Both the position numbers and the translations under genes were made by a program. Shown here in pieces: positions 49,236 to 59,607 of a stretch of 64,000 bases of DNA. Position 1 is the stretch's first letter, and every line of letters begins with the position of its first letter. The notes beneath the pieces are model-generated. The model was given only the letters and a program-made list of their open reading frames with translations, had not been told where the DNA came from and did no database searches. Source of the DNA: Promethearchaeota archaeon (lineage in GTDB: Archaea > Asgardarchaeota > Lokiarchaeia > Sigyniarchaeales > SOKP01); assembly GCA_048937405.1 (NCBI GenBank), contig JBHLNF010000007.1, positions 64,001 through 128,000 on the forward strand. The letters are read 5' to 3'.

Positions 49236-49370
49236 AAAGAAGGCAATATAAAATCGATTTTGATATCAAAAAGTAAAATTATGAACTTTAATTAATTGAG
49301 TTGTTTCTTGGATATTTAGAATTCTTTTTAAGATTTAAAAAAGATAAAAATTTTTTAAAGTGTTTTTTAG

Positions 49371-50246
49371 CTATACTATTTCGCTATAAAGGGGAGATCC
49401 GGCTTTCATATAACGATTCATTTGACGTAGAGAGGCAACTTCTTTGCCCCCTTCTTTTTCTTTTAAAATAGCATCGTACCAGTAATATTCTGTCTTTCGA
49501 CTAACACCCGCACATATTACTTTTCCAGTTGCTTCATAAGGAATCCCAACCATTACTGGTCCATTAATATTTTGAATTTCAGTAGCCCCATAAAATGGTA
49601 CACCTTGGGTCCTCGCAATGTCTAAGATATTTGAGTTTAGAGACATCGTCCAAAATATAGCTGTCGGTGATAGAATTGATTTTCCCCATGGTGAATTTCC
49701 CTTATAGTAATCAAGATGATCAGTTATCGTTTTTAATCCTTCATTAGCATCCTCTTGGAAGATTAAGACATCTTTCATATTAAGATCGTCTCCTACTTTC
49801 ATTCCTGCTAAAATTCGCAGTTCCTCTGGTTTACTATTTTTAAGTTCTATACTTTGAAGGTAAGATAATTCTTTTGGTTCACCAACTGCTGCTGTACCTG
49901 TTGCAACGACTTGTCCGTTTGGCATCTCAACTCGCGCTTCTACTTGAACATCTTTAGACTCCTCAGAAGGCATCTTAATAATCCCTCTTACCTTTTCTTT
50001 ATGAGTTGTAGCAAATGTGTAATACATACTTAATGATCCTCTTTCAAACCATCGCTGCCCAAAAATTTCAAGTAATAACGGAGCGAATAAACTCAAATGG
50101 ATTGTTCCAGGAATTGTCCCACCTCGCATTCCTACTTTTTTTGCAGTAGCATCATCATGAATTGATGTTTTTAAATTGCTCCAAAGGTTTTCTGGGGCTC
50201 TCCAAGCGCCATACATAAATCCATCTTTAATAGTAATTTCAGTCAT
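49371..50246 (-). CDS. Double hot-dog-fold (MaoC-like) protein
   Basis: SIHDDATAKKVGMRGGTIPGTIH resembles the MaoC hydratase motif. Confidence 0.7.
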   Translation of the reverse strand: MTEITIKDGFMYGAWRAPENLWSNLKTSIHDDATAKKVGMRGGTIPGTIHLSLFAPLLLEIFGQRWFERGSLSMYYTFATTHKEKVRGIIKMPSEESKDVQVEARVEMPNGQVVATGTAAVGEPKELSYLQSIELKNSKPEELRILAGMKVGDDLNMKDVLIFQEDANEGLKTITDHLDYYKGNSPWGKSILSPTAIFWTMSLNSNILDIARTQGVPFYGATEIQNINGPVMVGIPYEATGKVICAGVSRKTEYYWYDAILKEKEGGKEVASLRQMNRYMKAGSPLYSEIV

Positions 50247-50535
50247 TTAAATAACCTAAAAATTATTTACTGCTATAAGAAAATTATGTCTAATCTATTA
50301 AATCTTTTGATTCAAATTATCGAAATAAAGGATAAAAAATATTCTTAAATGATTATTTCCCTAAATTGCGGAAGATAAATAAAAAAAAGTAAAATCTTCT
50401 TTTTATTGGAGTTCTAATACAAATTAGGTTGATATTCTCTCTATTTTTACTTTAACAATTTTCTAGATAAATTCTATCATTATACAAACCAATACTCCTA
50501 ATTGTGGAGAGGAATTAAGAAAAAAATTGTTTTAG

Positions 50536-51567
50536 TCAATCTGGTTTAAGAAGATCATATACTATCTCTGGTTCAAGTGGCTGATATGGTGTCTTCTTGA
50601 AGTGTTCTTTGCATAATTCATAAAGAATTTTATTAAACGGAGCATCCACTCCAAGTAAATTAGCTAATTTTATAAAATAACCATTAAGGGATTCTAGTTC
50701 TGATCGACCTTTTTGACGAATTATCATATCCTGTATCATACTGTTTGGCCCCCTATCTATGAAAAATCTCGAAAATATTTTATCTGCTATTTCGGTGGGT
50801 AAATTTACAGCATCTTGTAACTCTTTCCAAGGTAAAAAACCTGGTAAACTGTATTCATGATACCCAGCAGCTTGAACTATATTGATACCTTCATTCAATG
50901 TAGTGACAATGATCTCTCTCAGAATTGAGATTGAGTTTGGACTAGGATTTTTATGATTGATTAGTGTTAAAATGGAATTTAAAAGGTTGAAAATCATTTT
51001 ACCATGAATAGCATCCTGTATTTTCTCTGAGATTTGAACTTTCGTAGCTTTACTTAATATTTCACACATTTCTTTTAGTTCTTTTTGTAAACTATTGTCA
51101 AGCGTACCAAGAATGAGGTATCCCCGATTTAAGTATCCAAAAATGCCTGGTTCATCCCTCCATGCCGATATCATTATAACACCGTATATAATTTTAGAAA
51201 AATATTTAGGCAACACTTTTTGGTTTTCAGTACCATTTTGTAATGTGATAATGATTGGGTTATCTCCTAATTTCTCATGAATATCTTTCGCAACTTCCTC
51301 CAAGTCATAATTCTTTACAACTATGATTACGACATTAGTTGAAGGCTTTTCGTTTAAATCTTGAATAATTTTCACAGGAATTGGATTTTTCGGGGGATTT
51401 TCTTTTCTGTATAGAATTATTCCTTTATTCATCATAACTTTGGCGTTTTGACCACGTGCCAACAGATAAACTTTATCATAATAAGGTGATAGCCATGCAC
51501 CAATTGAAGCGCCTATTGCACCCGCGCCATATATCACAATCTCATAATCCTTATTCAAATTTGACAT
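50536..51567 (-). CDS. panE: Ketopantoate reductase family protein
   Basis: GAGAIG, VKNYD, LQNG, K...N, SMIQD, SELESLNG. Confidence 0.85.
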   Translation of the reverse strand: MSNLNKDYEIVIYGAGAIGASIGAWLSPYYDKVYLLARGQNAKVMMNKGIILYRKENPPKNPIPVKIIQDLNEKPSTNVVIIVVKNYDLEEVAKDIHEKLGDNPIIITLQNGTENQKVLPKYFSKIIYGVIMISAWRDEPGIFGYLNRGYLILGTLDNSLQKELKEMCEILSKATKVQISEKIQDAIHGKMIFNLLNSILTLINHKNPSPNSISILREIIVTTLNEGINIVQAAGYHEYSLPGFLPWKELQDAVNLPTEIADKIFSRFFIDRGPNSMIQDMIIRQKGRSELESLNGYFIKLANLLGVDAPFNKILYELCKEHFKKTPYQPLEPEIVYDLLKPD

Positions 51568-51741
51568 GTCAAATATAGTTGTACTTTAACTTTAAATTTT
51601 AATAATTATCTAACTGAAAATAAGAAATTAATAGATTAGAAAGAGAAATCATATTATAAAATCTTTATATTAGAACTTAAATCAAAAAGTATAATTTTCA
51701 TGAATGTTTAAATCATTTTAACAAATTGATTAATTTTAAGA

Positions 51742-53401
51742 ATGGAACAATCAGAGAATATAAACTTAAGTAAAGTAAAGAAAATAGCAAGGGAAATAAT
51801 TGAATATCTGTTAATAAATCCTAATACTTCCCGCAGAAAAATTACAAACCTTAAAGGACAAATTGGCAAAAAATATAATTATGATCGAGTAATAAAAAAT
51901 GCCACAATCTTGTCTCATGCAACAAATGAAGAAAAAGAGATTATCACTAAATTATTGAAGAGAAGAACAACAAGAACTATTTCAGGAGTTTCAGTAATTG
52001 CTATTATGACAAAACCTCTTCCTTGTCCTGGAACATGTATTTATTGTCCAGGTGTAAAATCCCAACCAGGAGAAAAAGTTGCCCAATCATATACAGGAAG
52101 AGAACCCGCAGCTATGAGATCAATATATAATAATTATGATCCCTACAAGCAAGTTCAATCTCGAATTAAAGATTTAGAAGCAATTGGGCATAAAGTGGAC
52201 ATGGTTTACGCTTGGTTGTATTCCACCATAAAAGATTGAACTTATTATAATGGGAGGGACATTTTTATCAATAGATTCAGAATATCAAAAACAATTCGTA
52301 AAAGGAGCATTAGAGGGAATAATAGAACAGAAAACAAATACCATAGAAGAAGCTAAGATATTAGCAGAAAAGGCTAAGCGAAGAGTTATAGGAATTACAG
52401 TTGAAACAAGACCAGACTATTGTAAAGAAACCCATATTGATAATATGTTACACTTTGGAACTACTCGAGTCGAAATTGGTATTCAAACAATTTATAATGA
52501 AATCTATGATTTGATAAAAAGAGGACATACTACTGCTGATAGCATTGAATCGATAAGACTTGCTAAAGATGCTGGGTTAAAGATCAATGCTCATATAATG
52601 CCAAATTTACCGGGTTCCAATTATTCTCTAGATTTAAAACTATTTGCCAATTTGTTCTCTATACCAGATTATCGCCCAGATATGTTAAAGATTTATCCCA
52701 CTCTGGTAATAAATGGAACTGAATTATATGATTGGTGGAAAAGTGGTAAATATATGCCCTATTCTGATAAAGAATTAATAGAACTAATTGTAAAAGCTAA
52801 AATCGATCTCCCTCCTTATGTTAGAATTCAAAGAATTATGCGAGATATCCCTGCTACCTTAATTGAAGCAGGTTGTAAGAATAGTAACTTAAGACAGTTA
52901 GTACAAGAACGATTAAAAGAAACTAATCAAATTTGTAAATGTATTAGGTGCAGAGAATATGGAATCAGTAAAAGAAAAGATATTCTCAATGAAGATTCAT
53001 TTGATGATATAAAACTATATCGTTTGGATTATGATGCCTCGCTAGGAAAAGAAATTTTCTTATCTTATGAAAATAAAAAAGAAGGTTATTTAATTGGATA
53101 TTTACGCTTAAGAAAGCCTTCTGAATTTGCTCATAGACCTGAATTGAATGATGGAAAAACAATGATTGTAAGGGAGATTAAAGTCGTTGGTGAATTAGTT
53201 CCTAAAGACATGAAACCAAATAGATATACTCAAATCCAACATAGAGGATATGGTAAACTTTTAATGGAAAATGCTGAGAAAATATCGTTTAAAGATTTCA
53301 AAATGAGTAAATTAGCTGTAATTAGTGGTCTTGGCGCAAAAGACTGGTTTTATGATTTAGGATATAAACCAGATGGTGTATATGTCTCGAAAATTCTTTA
53401 A
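51742..53401 (+). CDS. elp3: tRNA U34 acetyltransferase Elp3, two exons: join(51742..52200,52232..53401), 542 aa
   Basis: RTISGVSVIAIM, CPGTCIYCPG, QSYTGREPA in exon 1; (K)IELIIMGGTF, ETRPD, LKIYP, RIMRDIP, QHRGYG in exon 2. Confidence 0.95.
52201..52231 (+). other. Putative 31-nt BHB/BHL-type mRNA intron in elp3
   Basis: Central helix GTGG/CCAT, bulges AC|A and AA|A, intron stem TGG/CCA plus TAC/GTA; removal gives GHKVD-KIELIIMGGTF. Confidence 0.82.
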
Positions 53402-54006
53402 TTTTAAAAATCGAATTTGTTAGTAATTTGATTATAATTATTTTATTGAATCCTTTTTAAAACATTTTATTATTTAAAAAAAAGGCATTAAAAATTAATA
53501 AAAATAGAGGAGAATTAAAGGAGGATTTCTCGCTCCTTCAATCTGTTTTTTTTCATTTAAATTGAAATTGTGGCAAGGCTACAGTCAAACTTTGAATCTT
53601 ATCAAGAAAAACTGTACAAAGATAGTTTTTCGAGATCATTTATAAAGATAGTTGTAATAATTTTAATTTAAAGATCACTACTCTAAAGATTCTACAAAAC
53701 AAAAGTAATGAAAAAATAGCATATAACCTATCAATATGGAGAAATCATATTTCTGAAAATTCCCAGACACTAATCAAAACAACAACAAGTAAATTAAATT
53801 ACATAGATTTTAATTTCTCATTTAACAACAATTTATATCATTGAGAAGAATATCATCTTTTCAAGTTCTTTTTTAATTATATTTAAGAATTTACCATTAT
53901 CCTTGTTAATCTTATTATTTTATCATAAACCTTTTTTGAAAATAAGTATAAGATTTATTACTTCACTATTTATAGTATTGGATAATCATTAAAAAATAAA
54001 ATTTGA

Positions 54007-55935
54007 TTGAGTATGACTCAACAATATGATTATAAAAAATTGGGTCTTAAGTGTGGATTAGAGATCCATCAGCAACTTGATACAAAAAAAAAATTGTTTT
54101 GTAGATGTCCAACTAATCTTCAAGGAACTCGAGAACCAGATTTTACAATTAGTAGAGAAATGAGACCCGTATTGGGCGAAATGGGAACTTATGATCAAGC
54201 AATGCTCACAGAATATGAAAAGGGAATGGGAATTATTTATGAAGGTTATAATGACGTGGTATGTACTTATGAACTTGATGATACACCGCCTTTTTCATGT
54301 AATAATGAAGCAAGGAGGATAGCATTACAAATTGCTACGCTCTTAAACGCTAATATAATCGAGGAAATGCATGTATGCCGAAAAAATTATTTAGATGGAA
54401 GTGTTCCAAGTGGATTTCAAAGAACAATGATCTTAGGTACTGAAGGGTATATAACATTAGAAAACGGTAAAAAAATTCGGATAGATATATTAAGTTTGGA
54501 AGAAGAAGCTGCGAGAAAAATTAAAACAGAAAATAAAACAAATTACTTTCGATTAGATCGATTAGGAATTCCATTAATAGAAGTTACTACCAAACCTGAT
54601 ATAGATACTCCCGATGAGTGTCGAGAGTGTGCTGAAAGGATTGGACTACTCTTATGGTCAACAAATGTTAAAAAAGTTCTTGGATCAATTAGACAAGATG
54701 TTAATGTAAGTATTGAAGCAGGAACGAGAATTGAAATTAAAGGAGTTCAAAAATTAGGTTGGATCCCTCTCTTAATTAATCATGAGATTTCACGTCAATT
54801 AAAGCTTCTTGAAATAAAAGATGAACTTCAAAGAAGAAAGTTAAATGCTGAAGGTATTCTAAATAAACCAGTTGATTTATCAAAACTATTAACTAACACA
54901 AAATCATCTTTCATAGCTAAAGGTATTAAATCAGGAAAAAAATTATACGGAATAAATTTCAAGGGATTTAAGGATCTATTTGGGAAAGAATTAATGGAAA
55001 ATTATAGATTTGGAACAGAAGTTAGTAGTAAAGTAAAACTGATCTCAGGACTAAAAGGAATTATTCATTCCGATGAAGAACTAAGTAAATATAATTTAAA
55101 TAACAGAGATATTAGTTTAATTAAAGAGAAATTAAATACAAAAGAAAAAGATTGTTTCGTGTTAGTATTAGGTACAATGAAAGAATGCATTAAAGCCATG
55201 AATGTTATAATAACCAGAGTTAAGTTTGCTTTTAAAGGTGTACCACCGGAGACTAGAAAGGCTTTAGAAAGTGGAGAAACAGAATTTTTGAGAGAACTTC
55301 ATGGAGGTGCAAGATTGTATCCTGACACAGATTCAGAAGCTATTTTTAATTCTGAAGAAGAACTTAACGAAATTAGAAAGAATCTTCCAGAATATCCGTG
55401 GATAACTATAAAACAATATTCTGAAAAATTTAAAACAGAAGATAGAATCATAAAAGACTTAATATTTACTGGGAAAATTGAGTTATTCAATAAATTAATT
55501 GAATTATATCCAAATAATCCCTCGTTAATTTTTACTACTCTATTGGAAACTACAACCGCTTTAAGAAGGGAATCGAAAAATATAGAAAATATAACTGATG
55601 ATGATTATATTAAAATTTTTACTCTCTTAAAAAAAAAAGAAATTAGTAAAGAGGCTATTGAAGAATTAATGAGTCTTAAAGCTGATTCTCCAGAACTTTC
55701 TATTAACCAGATTAAGAAGAAATTGAAAATAGAAAGTATTTCTATTGATGAACTCAAAAACTTAATTTATGAAATTGTTAAGAATAACCTCAATTTAATA
55801 AAAGAAAAAGAAATAAGAGCAAAAGGACCATTAATGGGAGAAGTTATGAAAAAAGTAAGAGGAAAAATTGACGGCGCTATAGTTTCCAAAGAATTAGAGA
55901 ATTCTATAAAAGAAATATTAAAGGAGATGAAATAA
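54007..55935 (+). CDS. gatE: Glu-tRNA(Gln) amidotransferase subunit E
   Basis: GLKCGLEIHQQL, DGSVPSGFQRT, RLDRLGIPLIE, IRQDVNVSI, GARLYPDTD. Confidence 0.96.
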   Translation: MSMTQQYDYKKLGLKCGLEIHQQLDTKKKLFCRCPTNLQGTREPDFTISREMRPVLGEMGTYDQAMLTEYEKGMGIIYEGYNDVVCTYELDDTPPFSCNNEARRIALQIATLLNANIIEEMHVCRKNYLDGSVPSGFQRTMILGTEGYITLENGKKIRIDILSLEEEAARKIKTENKTNYFRLDRLGIPLIEVTTKPDIDTPDECRECAERIGLLLWSTNVKKVLGSIRQDVNVSIEAGTRIEIKGVQKLGWIPLLINHEISRQLKLLEIKDELQRRKLNAEGILNKPVDLSKLLTNTKSSFIAKGIKSGKKLYGINFKGFKDLFGKELMENYRFGTEVSSKVKLISGLKGIIHSDEELSKYNLNNRDISLIKEKLNTKEKDCFVLVLGTMKECIKAMNVIITRVKFAFKGVPPETRKALESGETEFLRELHGGARLYPDTDSEAIFNSEEELNEIRKNLPEYPWITIKQYSEKFKTEDRIIKDLIFTGKIELFNKLIELYPNNPSLIFTTLLETTTALRRESKNIENITDDDYIKIFTLLKKKEISKEAIEELMSLKADSPELSINQIKKKLKIESISIDELKNLIYEIVKNNLNLIKEKEIRAKGPLMGEVMKKVRGKIDGAIVSKELENSIKEILKEMK

Positions 55936-57294
55936 ATGGTTGAAAAACTTAAAGGATATAGAGAAGAAGGTAAAGAACTCCTTAAAAAAAATCAATTAGA
56001 AATTTGGGATATTGTCCAAATAAAAACAAAAAATACTCAATATGAGGGGATTATATTACCAAGAATTGAACATTCAGCCCCGAATTTCATAAATATTAAA
56101 TTAGAAAACAATTACAACATAGGAATAAAGGTTTCTGAAATTTTAGAAATCAATAAAATTGGAAAAAGAGAAGCTTCATATAAAATACCGGAAAAAGATT
56201 TCCCTTATAACAAAATTCTTCCGACTCTAAAATTGTTTGGTACAGGAGGTACTATTGCTTCACGACTAGATTATACTACTGGAGCCGTAATTCCTTCATT
56301 TACCCCAGGAGAATTATTCAGTGCTGTTCCAGAATTAGCAGAAATCTGTAACCTCGAATGTGAAATTCTATTTGAAATTCTTTCAGAAAACATGAAACCT
56401 CATAACTGGCAAAAACTCGCAGAAAAAGTCAAAGATGCCGCAAATTCAGGAATTGATGGTGTTGTAATAGGCCATGGAACCGATACAATGTCATATACTA
56501 GTGCTGCCCTCTCGTTTATGTTAAAAGATTTATCTATTCCAGTAGTTTTAGTAGGAAGCCAAAGAAGTTCTGATAGACCTTCTTCTGATGCTGCTTTAAA
56601 CCTCATTAATGCCGCTGTAGTAGCAAGTTCTGATATTGCAGAAGTAGTAATTACAATGTTAGGATCCCCTTCTCATGATTATGGTTTGATTCATAGAGGA
56701 ACTCTGGTAAGAAAAATGCATTCTTCTGTTAGACATACTTTTAGAACAATTGATAGTATTCCACTAGGATTAGTTCAAAACAGAAAAATAAAGATGTTTA
56801 CCTCAGATTATAAAAAAAGATCAAAAATAAAAACTAAGACTAATACTAATTTTGAAGAAAAAGTCGCTCTTGTGTATTTCTATCCAGGTAGTGATAAGGA
56901 AATCATTGATTTTTACATTGACAAAGGCTATAAGGGAATTGTACTTGTTGGAACGGGATTAGGGCACATATCTACTAATTTATATGAGTCGATAGAAAGA
57001 GCTATTGAAGAAGAGATAACAGTAATAATGACTACTCAAACACTCCATGGATTTGTAGGAATGAATGTTTATTCCACAGGAAGAGAATTATTGAATATGG
57101 GTGTCATTCCTGGTAGAAATTTATTACCAGAAGTAGCATATATTAAACTAGGGTGGGTATTAGGACAAACTAATATTCCTGAAGAAATTAAGCATTTAAT
57201 CTCACAAAATATTGCCGGTGAATTTCTAGAAAGAGAAATTCCTATAGCATTCAATTACAATATCGATGAACTATTGAGAAATAAAAAGCTCTAA
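55936..57294 (+). CDS. gatD: Glu-tRNA(Gln) amidotransferase subunit D
   Basis: TGGTIASRLDY, HGTDT, GSQRSSDRPSSD, RKMHSS, GTGLGH. Confidence 0.96.
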   Translation: MVEKLKGYREEGKELLKKNQLEIWDIVQIKTKNTQYEGIILPRIEHSAPNFINIKLENNYNIGIKVSEILEINKIGKREASYKIPEKDFPYNKILPTLKLFGTGGTIASRLDYTTGAVIPSFTPGELFSAVPELAEICNLECEILFEILSENMKPHNWQKLAEKVKDAANSGIDGVVIGHGTDTMSYTSAALSFMLKDLSIPVVLVGSQRSSDRPSSDAALNLINAAVVASSDIAEVVITMLGSPSHDYGLIHRGTLVRKMHSSVRHTFRTIDSIPLGLVQNRKIKMFTSDYKKRSKIKTKTNTNFEEKVALVYFYPGSDKEIIDFYIDKGYKGIVLVGTGLGHISTNLYESIERAIEEEITVIMTTQTLHGFVGMNVYSTGRELLNMGVIPGRNLLPEVAYIKLGWVLGQTNIPEEIKHLISQNIAGEFLEREIPIAFNYNIDELLRNKKL

Positions 57295-57423
57295 AATATT
57301 AGATTTAGCTCATTTTAATCAAAACTTCTTAATTTTCAAATCTTTATTTAAAATCAATTAAAAAGATAAAAATTTTAAAGTTTGCATAATTCAAGTTCAT
57401 ATTCTGAGAATAATGTGAAGTAA

Positions 57424-58152
57424 ATGGGAAAACGAATTTTAGCTCAAAGGAAAGGCAGAGGTGTCCTAGGATTCAGAAGTCCAAGTCATCGACATATAGG
57501 ACAAGTAAAATATCGTCCATTCAAGAAAAATGAGAAACTTTTTAAATTTAAAGTATTAGATCTCATTCATTCTCCAGGAAGAGGTGCTCCAATAGCCAAA
57601 ATTCAATATGATGATAATACAAAAGGTCTATGGTTACCTCCAGAGGGAGTTTTTGTAGGTCAAGAATTTATCCAATCCAAAACGGGATACGGACAACCAA
57701 TAGAAGTTGGAAATATTTTACCTTTAAAAAAGATGCCTTTAGGAACTCTTGTTTTCAACATTGAATCAACACCTCAAGATGGTGGTAAATTTGCCAGAGC
57801 ATCTGGAGTAGCTGCAATTGTGAGAAACAGATCAGGAAACAAAGTCGAACTGCTCTTTCGATCAAAAAAAACTAAATGGATACATGGGGAGTGTTTAGCT
57901 ACTGTTGGTGTAGTAGCTGGAGGCGGAAGAACAGATAAACCTTTTCTTAAAGCAGGAAATAAGTTCCACTATGTAAAATCTAAGGCTAAAAAATGGCCTG
58001 TCGTTCGTGGTGTCGCTATGGTAGCAGCTTCTCATCCCTATGGTGGAGGGGCCAAACAGAGTCCGCATAAACCCACAACTACCAGTAGAAACGCCCCACC
58101 TGGCAGAAAAGTAGGACAAATAGCTGCGAGAAGAACTGGACACCAAAACTAA
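57424..58152 (+). CDS. rpl2: 50S ribosomal protein uL2
   Basis: MGKRILAQRKGRG, HSPGRGAP, VRGVAM..HPYGGG, PPGRKVG. Confidence 0.98.
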   Translation: MGKRILAQRKGRGVLGFRSPSHRHIGQVKYRPFKKNEKLFKFKVLDLIHSPGRGAPIAKIQYDDNTKGLWLPPEGVFVGQEFIQSKTGYGQPIEVGNILPLKKMPLGTLVFNIESTPQDGGKFARASGVAAIVRNRSGNKVELLFRSKKTKWIHGECLATVGVVAGGGRTDKPFLKAGNKFHYVKSKAKKWPVVRGVAMVAASHPYGGGAKQSPHKPTTTSRNAPPGRKVGQIAARRTGHQN

Positions 58153-58378
58153 TCAATTTCATATATACTATTAATCTTAACATTTTCTATACAATAATTT
58201 TCTTCTTTTTCATTATTTTCGCCTTTATAATGATTATCAACAGATTTAAATATTCTATTCATTTAATATAATAATATATAATTATATATGATATTAATGC
58301 CAAAAATATACAAAGATATAAAAAATTTAAAAATTAATTGAATTATCTTTAAATTAGAAAATAAAAAGGACATCCAAT

Positions 58379-59149
58379 TTGAATATAAAAATTGTTTGCG
58401 GAACTCTAGTTGGTGGAAGCCCTCGACTTAGTGGAAGATATGACTATAAATTGAATTTAGAATTAGTAGGAATTGGAACTATGGACAAACCCTATTTAAT
58501 TACATCTAAACTAGCATACCAAGATAAATTAGACCAGTTATATTTAAAAAAAAAAAAGGATTATAATTATGTTGATTTAAAGAATTATCCTTCTTTTTTA
58601 AAACAGCAGTACACTTTGAAAGGATATAAAATTATATATACATCTACACCTCAAAATAATTCTGATTCTTATAATAATGGGCTTTTTTCTATTTTTTTAT
58701 CTGATTCAAATTCTTTCCTTGAATTTAAATATTTATACTTAAAAAGCTTAGATCTGAGTAATTGCCAAAATATTTCAATTTCAGACAGTATACTAGAAGA
58801 TATAATACTCAAAAATTGTTCTAATATCTCAATTCAGGAAGCAAATATTGGAAACCAAATGAAACTGTTAAATAGCTATGAAGTAAAATTTTCTAATTCT
58901 TATATTTATAAAATAGACGCATTATCATGTGGTAATATAATTATTTCAAACTGCTCTATTGAGAAAATCTCAAAAAAATCAAAAAAAAATGTTCAAATAA
59001 TAACTAAAGATAAAGCACCAATATTAAAAGATAAAACTGAATTCCAAAATAACCAATTAAAACAAAAAACAATGTTTTGTCAGTATTGCAAATCAAAAAT
59101 CAATTTGGATTCATTATTTTGTGATAATTGTGGTGAGAGAATTAATTAA
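58379..59149 (+). CDS. Beta-helix-repeat protein with C-terminal zinc ribbon
   Basis: GIGTMDKPYLI, LSNCQNISI repeats, CQYC...CDNCG. Confidence 0.6.
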   Translation: MNIKIVCGTLVGGSPRLSGRYDYKLNLELVGIGTMDKPYLITSKLAYQDKLDQLYLKKKKDYNYVDLKNYPSFLKQQYTLKGYKIIYTSTPQNNSDSYNNGLFSIFLSDSNSFLEFKYLYLKSLDLSNCQNISISDSILEDIILKNCSNISIQEANIGNQMKLLNSYEVKFSNSYIYKIDALSCGNIIISNCSIEKISKKSKKNVQIITKDKAPILKDKTEFQNNQLKQKTMFCQYCKSKINLDSLFCDNCGERIN

Positions 59150-59215
59150 TATCTAAAATCTCAAATTAAATAGAATATTAAATAAAAAAATAAATTTTAA
59201 TACTGATAATCGAAT

Positions 59216-59521
59216 ATGGTTGAAAAAAAAAATAAAATAATAATTGTACGAATTTCAGCATTTTTAATAATTTTTTTAGCTTTTTTTTCTTCCTTGGCTT
59301 ATTTTTGGATTTTTTCATTACCAATAATATTCGTTATTTTTACCTATAATTATATATTAATAAAGAAAAAATCAGTAAAGATTAATGTCCTATCATTGAA
59401 AGAAAACTTGGATAAGTCAAATAATAAAGGGAAATCTATTAATTTTTATTGCAAATTTTGTTTTTCAAAAAACAAAAAAGGGTCTCTAATTTGTAAGTTT
59501 TGTGGTAGTAAATTCAACTAA
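59216..59521 (+). CDS. Small membrane protein with C-terminal zinc ribbon
   Basis: Hydrophobic N-terminus, CKFC...CKFCG. Confidence 0.6.
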   Translation: MVEKKNKIIIVRISAFLIIFLAFFSSLAYFWIFSLPIIFVIFTYNYILIKKKSVKINVLSLKENLDKSNNKGKSINFYCKFCFSKNKKGSLICKFCGSKFN

Positions 59522-59607
59522 TATTAAAATTAATTATATAATTAAAAAATTGGCCCCCAACCCTGGATAATTTAAAAAAAATGGAAATGGAAAAAAAAAA
59601 CTTTTGC

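Noticed and set aside
50355-50525. PNCG-like fragments between the hot-dog gene and panE
   Set aside because: Possible zinc-ribbon relics, but too short to support and not pyrK-derived
52195-52229. Alternative elp3 BHB using GTGG/CCAC (28-nt intron)
   Set aside because: Splicing would create an in-frame TAA and the intron stem would not close
51742-53401. elp3 and rnhB as ordinary pseudogenes or sequencing frameshifts
   Set aside because: The lesions are structured 29-31-nt inserts rather than 1-nt indels, have no target duplication, and the rest of each gene is intact; RNA data are still needed
53515-53550. AAGGAG/CTCCTT hairpin followed by a T run in the elp3-gatE gap
   Set aside because: Too short to assign as a terminator or ncRNA
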